A stretch of 64,000 bases of DNA, from contig JAMWBK010000001.1 in the NCBI GenBank assembly GCA_029953675.1, positions 1,302,001-1,366,000 of the forward strand, read 5' to 3'. Below are positions 56,211-64,000 of the stretch, one piece after another. The translations under genes were made by a program, and so were the position numbers. Below the pieces are notes generated by a model. The model worked only from the letters and a program-made list of their open reading frames with translations, had not been told where the DNA came from and searched no databases. Source of the stretch: Rhodosorus marinus CCMP1338. Its lineage: Eukaryota > Plantae > Rhodophyta. Within the stretch, counting starts at the first letter, position 1. Every line of letters begins with the position of its first letter.

Positions 56211-57501
56211 CGGGCCTCCCCTCAGTCGGGAAGGCAGATCGAATATCCGGAGGAGGTGCCTCGGAGGGAGGCTCAGGAGCCGCACGACGCTTACGTGGGG
56301 GGCGCACGAAGGAACTAAAAGACCTGAAGAAAGTAGACACAGGGTTTTCAGCAGCGGAGTCTTGACTGAGGGTGTCCAGAGCCAGCGGATTCGGAGAGGC
56401 CGATGGTGCTCCTGCCATGTCGGTGTCACGAGCCTCGGAGACAGGGTGAGGGGAGGAAGGGTGCTCAAGAGTCGGCGGCAGAAGGTCAAACGCAGGGTGG
56501 GCTTCCAGCAGGGTGGCCTCAGTGGAGAGGAAGGCCTCTAGCGCGGTGCGGAGGACCCCGCGAGGAGGAAAACGCGCGAAGAGGCTCGCCTGTATGCGCG
56601 AAAGCCGCGCCGCATGAGTGTGTAGCGCGACAACCGAAGCCTGCGAGGCATCCAGGTTTTGCAAGGCCGACGGAGGAACCCAGCCGGCGTCAAAACGATC
56701 GAACTCGACAAACAAAGAGACATGAGGACGAGTCAGTATCATGTTGGCCAGAGCAGAGCGCTGGGGCGCGGGGGTGGTTACAAGCGATTGAAGGAACTGG
56801 TAAGCCGAGTCAGTAACAAGAAAACAGGCATGAGGGCCCGTGAAGTCCACATATAGGAATTCAGATGGGGCGACCCCAAGGGAGGAAGCCATGGTGTCGC
56901 GAAAATCGCGGTAGTGGACGGGCGCGCGGCCCCGACCACGAGAGGGGGTCTGGGGACGCACGTTCGTCATCCAAACAAAGTGGAACGGAGATAGTTGGCG
57001 AGAAGAGTCAATAGGGATGTGTTGTGGCATCATACGCACCATTGCCGTCGTGCGTTGTTCAGGAGAGCCCCTGCGCAGGACCTGCGAATAGGTCGCACGT
57101 GGGGCACTGGAGGGAGCAGGATTCGGGCCCGACGCGGGCCCAGGAGGCGTCTGTCCTTGAATAGGGGTAGGCCAGTCGGAATCAGGAATGACCGGAGCGG
57201 AGCGCTCGGGTCGGGTGGAGGCAGGCCCCGCTGTACCGTGCGGATCCGCGGGGACGGGCACCGGGGGGTATGGGGCAGGCGCGGAGGCGGAGAAGCGCTC
57301 CAAATAGGCGATCAGCAGGGGAAGGCGGTGTTCCTGGGAAGCAGTCACAAGAAGACTCGTCAGTTTCGAGCAGATCCCATGGGCCAACTCGTCAGCGCAG
57401 TCCGTGAGGGTGGCCGCGGTACTAAACCCGCCCACGCTGAGCTCCACACGCGCTGAGAGAACGGCTCCGTCCGCCGGAATGGGTGGGGAAACCCCAACCA
57501 T
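56203..57501 (-). CDS. Family B ORF1 (432 aa)
   Basis: MVGVSP start. Shares NVRPQT..RDFRDT..SLG..FLV..FDRF with A ORF1. Overlaps the ORF2 start (ATGTCTGA). Confidence 0.8.
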   Translation of the reverse strand: MVGVSPPIPADGAVLSARVELSVGGFSTAATLTDCADELAHGICSKLTSLLVTASQEHRLPLLIAYLERFSASAPAPYPPVPVPADPHGTAGPASTRPERSAPVIPDSDWPTPIQGQTPPGPASGPNPAPSSAPRATYSQVLRRGSPEQRTTAMVRMMPQHIPIDSSRQLSPFHFVWMTNVRPQTPSRGRGRAPVHYRDFRDTMASSLGVAPSEFLYVDFTGPHACFLVTDSAYQFLQSLVTTPAPQRSALANMILTRPHVSLFVEFDRFDAGWVPPSALQNLDASQASVVALHTHAARLSRIQASLFARFPPRGVLRTALEAFLSTEATLLEAHPAFDLLPPTLEHPSSPHPVSEARDTDMAGAPSASPNPLALDTLSQDSAAENPVSTFFRSFSSFVRPPRKRRAAPEPPSEAPPPDIRSAFPTEGRPDV

Positions 57502-58479
57502 AACGATTGGAAGGTGTGAAAAACCGATTCCCCCACGAAACCCCCAAAAAGAGAACTTGTTCCCAACGTTTGCAACCAAAGAAAAACCACCACGACCTCC
57601 AAGGGGCGCTAGCAACCCCCAGCACGCACCACACCACTAGAAGATGCGGGGGAAAGGCTGCAGAAAGAAGCGCCTCCCACCAAAGAACACAATTGCGACT
57701 CAAAACCACCAAAAGCCAGCACCATACACCCTCACGAAACCGAAAACTCTCGCGCCTTCCAAGGCACTCCTCAGAATACGAGCTTTTCATCTTCTCTGAG
57801 CTCCTCCTGGGTAAATTCCGTGATCTCCGTGAACTCATCCTCGAAGAATTGGATGAGGTCGCAACCACGGGTTCCCCTGATCTTAGGCGTCTGTGGCAAA
57901 AGCCTCGTCCAGACGGCATCTGCAGTTCCCCCCTGCCTGTAATCGTACGGATCCAGGAGGATCAACCAAGACCGGCTGGGGTCCAGTTGCGCCCTCCACA
58001 TCGCAACGTCAAGTGCTGGGCCCTGCAGCGTAGATGAGAGGACTGCCATCACAAACCTGCCCCCCGTGGAGTTCGTGTCCAGCTCCTCACTCCAGGCGAT
58101 AGCATCGGCATAGTTGTGCAAGTTCAGGTACGCAAGTATCTGAAACTTTCATCTACCGAACGACGACTTGTCCCTTCTCTCCCCGAGAAGGGTTCAGGCA
58201 TCAACATTCTTAACCTCCGTGGCAAACCGCCACCCTCTCTTTCCTCCCTCGCCATTACGACAAAGAAAAAGAACTAACCTAATGCCTTTGCGATGAGACC
58301 ATGTTCCCCCCCCAAATTTTCGCCAGCACCGGTACCCCTTCTTTATTGAGCACTAACGCGCTGCGAACCTACAATTCATTAAGTACTCGATCGGTTAGTC
58401 CGCCGTAGTACGACGAGGATGGATCATCCAGATCAATCACGATACAACCGTCTGCGTTGCTACATACCGGGTATCTACT

Positions 58480-58490
58480 GGGCTTTACTA
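58480..58490 (-). mobile_element. 11-nt tail-only family A insertion (TAGTAAAGCCC)
   Basis: 10-bp TSD GGTATCTACT (58470-58479, 58491-58500); on the element strand it reads AGTAGATACC. Confidence 0.75.
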
Positions 58491-59045
58491 GGTATCTACT
58501 AACTACTTATGCTACTGCCTACTACCGCCAGTACCCGCTTAGGTCTGATCACGAATGACCTCACCTACCAACACCTGAGAACTGATATTCTATGCTCTGT
58601 CTGTAGCAAGAGGTGCAAAATCGAAACGACTCCAAACAGCATGAAGACTTGTCAGTTGCTGATACAGTTGCCATCCCGTCACATGGCCCTGAAACGTGTT
58701 GACGGAGGTAATCAACGTGAAACCCTAGAAAAGGAACAAGGCGTGTTGAATCAAGACACATATGTGTAGACTCTGAGGTGACTTAGAAGAGTCGGAGGAA
58801 ACCAAGCACGGTACCTATATAAGCCAAACTCACCGGCATACTAGTGAGGGATACTCCAAGACAAGAAACAAGAGACACAACAAGCGTCAACTCTGAGGTG
58901 ACTTCGGAGAGTTGGAGGAAACCAAGTGATACCCATATGAGCCAAACTCAACGCATCCTAGTCAGGGATACTCCGAGACAAGCAATAAGAGATGTAACAA
59001 GTAAGGACACAAATACCTGATTTTGTTAACAGGTTATCTGGGGTT

Positions 59046-60629
59046 AGGGTACAACGGTTTCATCACTGCCCAACATCAACTGGACTGTGGCAACGTCGGC
59101 ATGACGAAATCTGCAGAGAGCTGGCACGGTGGCTAAGGCGATGGAACTTCATGGACGTAGAGCAAGAACCTGAGGGGTACTTCGAGAACTACGGACTGCG
59201 ACCTGATATCGTTGCTAGGCATCCGAGGACCAAACAAAGGTATGCGCTGGATGTGACGGTGGTGTCACCATTACAGGGAAAATATTTGCGGCGGAGCCAA
59301 GATGATAGCGGATACGCGGCGAGAGCTGCGGAGAAGTGGAAAATCGCTCACTACAAAGAAGCGATGGTGATCGAGAAACCGGATGATAAGTTCATCCCGA
59401 TAGCGATAGAGACGTTTGGGCGTACGGGGCAAATGGCACAAGAGTTCCTCCGCGACAGCTGCAAACACCTACTGCACAGGAGTGAGGAGCTGAGAGACGT
59501 GAGATCCCAGATAAAACGGCAACTATGGCGAGGTAACGCAGAGATAGCATTAGGCGCTTTGCGCGTGGACCAGCTGGATTACTGGCATAGCCTGAAGCGC
59601 TACGCAAGGCGTGAAGATGAACAAATAACTAGGGAGGGAAGTATGCAACCCCAGGCGCCGATGGCGCGCCTCGGAAAGCATGTCGCTGGAATATCGCCAA
59701 AGGGAGACACTTAAACGCCTCAAGAGCGCCAAATATTCAGTAGGATGCTCAGCAAAACATTTCCGCAACCACTCTAAACCCGACTTATCGACGTGACCAA
59801 AGCTTTCCACAATGAATGGCTGGAACCGGTGAGAGCGACCCTCAGTGCAAGGCAGACTGGCCATGCTCTCAGCATACCGTCGTTCCTTAACTCTTCGAAG
59901 GGCTGAAGCCGCGGCCCCCCGGCGGCGGGCGGCTGCGGTGAGGTGGGCGCTGGCCACGGGGCAGGTAATCGCAAGGTCCACATATGTTGAGCGTCTGGCA
60001 GCAGCGTCAGAGACGAGGAGATCGGCTATACAACGGGGCGGTGCAGAGTCCGAGATTGATCTGGGCAGTTCCGACTCAACCTCAACCGTATGCCCTATTC
60101 GAGTCAAAAATTCGCTGAGGATGTACTTGAGGCGAGTGTGACGCCTCGTACGGAGACCTCGCAACAGTCCGCAGGAACCCAGGAAGTGGTAGCCACAAGC
60201 GTCAATCCGGCTCTCACATCCCTGACAGAAAGACGGCCGATTAGAGTGCCACGGAGCCTGTGGCAAACCGAGATAGATCCGTGCGGCAGAACGGAACTGG
60301 AAAGCATCGAGACGATGACTCAATGACGACGGTAGAGTGGTTAACCACAAGTGCGAGAGGTGGCCTCCCATGCCGCGGAGACGAGCGGCAGTGGTAGGCG
60401 GCGTGAGAGGAGAATTGAGCATGACTGTGTGAGCGGCACTGTGTTGGCCCCAGGTGAGGCTATGTTGACCAGCTGGAGAATCCGCTGGTGCCTGTTTTTT
60501 CTTTTGAACGTAGCATGAGACCCCGGTAGCGGGGTTCCAATAAGTTTCTCCCTAGATAGGATTAGACGTAGTGTTGCGCTGCAGTAGGCAGCTGCCCAGT
60601 AAAGCTTACGGTTACGTTAGTCTGGGGTT
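59046..60629 (+). mobile_element. Family C 5'-truncated copy (interrupted by family A)
   Basis: HCPTSTGLWQRRHDEI...LRPDIV...YALDVTV...LRVDQL|ENPLVPVF..SMRPR. Ends ttacggttacgttagtctggggtt. Confidence 0.88.
59579..60466 (-). mobile_element. Family A 5'-truncated copy
   Basis: 11-bp TSD GACCAGCTGGA (59568-59578, 60467-60477). Confidence 0.93.
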
Positions 60630-61564
60630 CCTAGTGAGGGATACTCCCAAACAAGCAATAAGAGATGTAACAAGTAAGGACACAGATACCTGATTTTGTT
60701 GACAGCTTATGGGCACAGCCTGGGTTTAAAAAAAAAAAAAGTCGCAAGAAGAATGGATTCGGTTGGATATTTTCTTAGATGTCCACCCAAAGTTGACAGG
60801 ACCGGATGACTATAACAATTGGAGAGCCAGCGTCACCAATGGATTCAAGCTGGGAGGTGTACATGAAGCCGTGTTGGGGCAGGAGGATAATGTGGACGAA
60901 CGAGTTCGAGCGGTGTCGCTGCTCAAATTGAACCTGGGAATTGAAGCTATGCTGATCGCAGAACAGCCCATAGACGCAAAAGAACCCATGGAAAAATTGG
61001 AAAAGAAACACGTCACGAAAACGATAGCGACCTTTGTGAATGTGAAACATGAACGGCAACCAAATTTCAACGAGGTACCATGAAAGGAACACTGGCCCAC
61101 GCCAGCCAACTTGGAGAAACAATCCACACGGACGTTTCGGACACTAAATATATCGAAAGGAGCAGAATATTGGCTCACCTTTACCGACGAGGTATCGAGA
61201 TTCACCACAATCTACGGAACAGAAGAAGAGCGACGTATCCCAGGTATTCGACGTATGCATGGCATATTTCGAACGCATAACTGGCCAAAAGGCAACCACC
61301 GCCAACTCAGCACAGGAGCAGAATACCTGGCTTTAATACCTACGGATGAAAGAAAATTCAAGAAGCTTGACATCACCCTGGACACAAGGTCTAGACACGA
61401 CGTCTTGAATTTTAACTACGTATGGTGTATTGGGTCTGGTTCTTGTAGAAATGTACAGTAGAGCCCCGACAAGTTCACGGTAAGGAAACTCCTCTTACCT
61501 TCAGGATTTTTCTGTCGGTATATAGTCCTTTGTCGTCTGCGTTGGCACAGGTTTGCTCTAGCTT

Positions 61565-61674
61565 ATTCTGAACTCTTCGAGTATTTTCTCGATGTATGTC
61601 TTCTGCCCAAGAACATCATCCATTAACTTGGGGCAGAAGATATACATCGAGAAAATACTCGAAGAATGCAGAAT
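61565..61674. repeat. Long inverted repeat / hairpin (38-bp stem, 15-nt loop)
   Basis: 61574-61611 pairs with 61627-61665, with one G-T pair and one bulge. Confidence 0.9.
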
Positions 61675-62194
61675 GAGGGAGAGCAAACCGGTGCCAACGT
61701 CCATGACAAAGGGCTATATGCCGGCGGAAAAGTCTCGGACTGGTTAAGTTTTCTTCTGTAGACCCGTGCCCATACGCCGTCAGCCGTCTAGTGGCTGGGC
61801 GGTTCGTTCCAGCACCCTCGAGAATACCGCCTTGCGTATCGTCTCTCGGTGTCCGTGGCCTCCTCGGGGTTGTCAATTACTACCCGTAGACCTCTCAAGT
61901 CAAGAAAGGTCTCGGCCTGCAAAAAAAGCAACTTTCAGTATCTGAAAGACAAGATCTCCATTAAAAACGGAGGATAATTTGAACTGTCCTCTGGAGTCCC
62001 GACCAGTAATCAATCGTTACAGTTGCAGCTATTCGCAACTTGATGCATGCAAATTTTAGAGGCTGGTTACAAATATTTTTCTGGAGGGGGTTATGTTTGG
62101 TTAGTGGCTTGCCACGCCAGCTTACCGCGCTTTGCTCAGACTTTGCACCGCTTTCTGCTGCGGAGCAACCCCTTTTACTCCCCGAAATACACCG

Positions 62195-62482
62195 GAGGCT
62201 TTGTCTTCCACAGGCATTCGTGCTTCGGCTCTCGCTCATCGCCTGCTACCTCTGCTCATTGAGCGCTTTGGGCTTGTGGATTCCGTTGGTTTCTCGTTGG
62301 CTTCGGGAAGTGTTCCGCAAACACCCTGACCGTCTGTCCTCGTTGTTAACCCGTTAAGTTTCTTGCTGTAGCCTATGAACGCTACTTTGATGTTGGAGGC
62401 GCGTGATCTTCGCTGCGCTTCGTCCTTTTTTTCCTCTTCGTTTTTTTTTTTCAGCTCCCATTGAACCAATTCATTCATTCGA
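62195..62482 (+). mobile_element. Decayed B-like 3' fragment
   Basis: ASALAHRLLPLLIERFG similarity and aaccaattcattcattc tail. Confidence 0.75.
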
Positions 62483-62537
62483 TGTCTGGTACTACTACGC
62501 CCTGCGTAGTGTTTAAGGCTACGTTAGTACACTACTA

Positions 62538-62721
62538 CTTTGCTGAGCATCCTACTGAATATTTGGCGCTCTTGAGGCGTTTAAGTGTCTCCCTTTGGCG
62601 ATATTCCAGCGACATGCTTTCCGAGGCGCGCCATCGGCGCCTGGGGTTGCATGCTTCCCTCCCTAGTTATTAGTTCATCTTCACGCCTTGCGTAGCGCTT
62701 CAGGCTATGCTAGTAAAGTCC
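62538..62721 (+). mobile_element. Family A short 5'-truncated copy
   Basis: 12-bp TSD AGTACACTACTA (62526-62537, 62722-62733). Confidence 0.92.
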
Positions 62722-64000
62722 AGTACACTACTAATACGTAGTGTTCTAAGTTCACAGGCAAACTCTGCCAAAGCTAACACGTGTCACATGCTAAATGAGC
62801 TTGCGTGGTGACCTTCAGAGCAACTTTGGATAAGGCAGGCTCTTTCCGTTCCTGCGCACCAAAAAAAAGCGGACCACGTCTTGACCCCCCAAAATTACAT
62901 CGGTATTAAGACTAGATGAAATTCGTTATTTCTGTCCACTTTCAAGAAATGGGCGGCGGCGAGTTGGACGTGGATTCCACTGCCAACTCCGAGGGGATAA
63001 AATAACTTTGATATAAGGTAATTAAACCAATTATATCTCTTTCGAGCTCGTTCTAACCTATTACCATCTGCTATGGCGCACCGAAGTATTAGATATCATT
63101 AAAGGGCATAAAATAAGTTTAATATAAACTTATTAGACCAAATATATTACTTATCTTTTATCTTCAACCAATTGAAATCTGTTACTCTTAAAATACTGGA
63201 CCGTTTAAAAAGCATTTTGATTGTTTTAAACAAGCTGTGGTTGAAATAATTTTAAGATCAGCTGAAGCTCTGTTACTCGGCTGCCCAGTTTCTGGTGAGG
63301 TGCTAGTGCAAACCCCGCCATCGTGCTAGGCTGGTCACGGAACTATCCTTGAAACTCTGACTCCGTACCAATGCTGCTCCGTTACTGTACCCCCCTTCAT
63401 CAGCATGGTCGTGTTTTTATGCTACTCAGAGCAGTTCGGCTGTGAATGATGAGGTCATAACACCGCCGTGGTACGTTTACACACGCGCGATCCAAATCAC
63501 CGCGTTAGCTCTTTAAATTCCGCTGTTGTGGGCCCTCTATTCGCTGAGGTTTTGCCGCTCTCATGCAGCCGTAGTTTTAAGAGGCCCGCTCTCTTGCATT
63601 TCGTCCTCTCACGCTATGTGGTAGCCATTCGGTGCTCAATTATTTCGCTAGTGCTCGATCGGGATATAAAGCGTCAGAAGCACACGATGGACCTGACAAA
63701 ACAACCAAAAATCCACTCCGCGTTGAAAAAAAACCAGAAATGAATGCGTTGCATCACGTTCGACCCGTCGCGACATTCGCAACAACGGCTGTCTCTCCTC
63801 CCCTCTCCCCCTTTTGCAAATTTGTGATTACTATGGTAAAACGTAACCATTTTACCAAAACGGAGAAGGCGGTAATCTTCGCAACTTTGGCCAACCTCCC
63901 TGGCTCAACCAGTACTACTCCCTGCTAACTTCCGAAATCTGGGACCCCCCAGGGAAGTTGTTTTGGTGGGCTTCACGACGGCCAAGGCTGGGATTTGTTT

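Larger units (their letters stand above)
53013..57754 (-). mobile_element. Family B non-LTR retrotransposon, full length (4742 bp)
   Basis: TSD CCTTCC (53007-53012, 57755-57760). Excision restores a copia gag-like frame ILRSALEGMQFFQELVY. Tail ccattcgttc. Confidence 0.93.
51950..58573 (-). mobile_element. Decayed Ty1/copia element (copia-2), split by the full-length B copy
   Basis: LTR ~58302-58573 (TG..CA) and PBS 58290-58301. Gag similar to copia-1 (LQGPALDVA, TADAVW). Protease WLDSGCTDHVC (~52700), RRLGHL (~52270), integrase LHTDSCGP..RYLAVF (~52100). No second LTR seen. Confidence 0.82.
58744..61460 (+). mobile_element. Decayed Ty1/copia element (copia-3)
   Basis: LTR-like 58744-59031 (TG..CA, internal ~120-bp tandem repeat). 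PBS-like GCTTATGGGCACAG at 60705-60718. Gag N-terminus KLTGPDDYNNW at 60763. Integrase remnant ETIHTDVS / YWLTFTDEVSRFT. Confidence 0.75.

Noticed and set aside
2215-62673. Numerous short overlapping/antisense ORFs in the supplied track
   Set aside because: They are alternative frames of GC-rich retroelement sequence, recurring in every copy without independent protein motifs.
63832-63928. MVKRNHFTKTEKAVIFATL as a Tc1/mariner-like HTH start
   Set aside because: The resemblance is weak, the frame closes after 32 codons and the window ends.

Overview
Eukaryotic, transposon-saturated nuclear window, probably from an alga with a red-type plastid. That assignment is an inference from an AT-rich ycf39 plastid-like fragment and intronless host genes. 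Only two kinds of host gene are intact: three paralogues of a secreted Cys-rich + RTX-repeat protein (7.7, 21.7, 33.9 kb) and one secreted PQQ/sorbosone-dehydrogenase-like multidomain protein with Big_5/NPCBM/PKD-like modules (42.2-46.0 kb). The rest is nested retroelements. There are three families (here A, B, C) of non-LTR retrotransposons with RT + C-terminal restriction-like endonuclease (CRE-like). A and B have two ORFs and a YHDD RT motif. They occur as one intact A (495-5301), one near-intact B (53013-57754, minus), an A-B chimera and dozens of 5'-truncated copies. There are also three Ty1/copia-type and two or three Ty3/gypsy-type LTR elements, two short TIR elements and segmental duplications. 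The most striking pattern is that the families end in distinctive non-poly(A) tails: A (AGTAAAGYCC)n, B (ATTC/GTTC)n, C ...TTACGTTAGTCTGGGGTT. Target-site duplications often begin with sequence matching the tail, and family A stacks into its own tails. All three families have left 'tail-only' micro-insertions of 9-18 nt with 7-14 bp TSDs, one of which created the stop codon of a host gene. Three LTR elements from two superfamilies share a 12-nt PBS that points to tRNA-Tyr. Everything was read by eye; coordinates of degenerate fragments are approximate and no database search was run.
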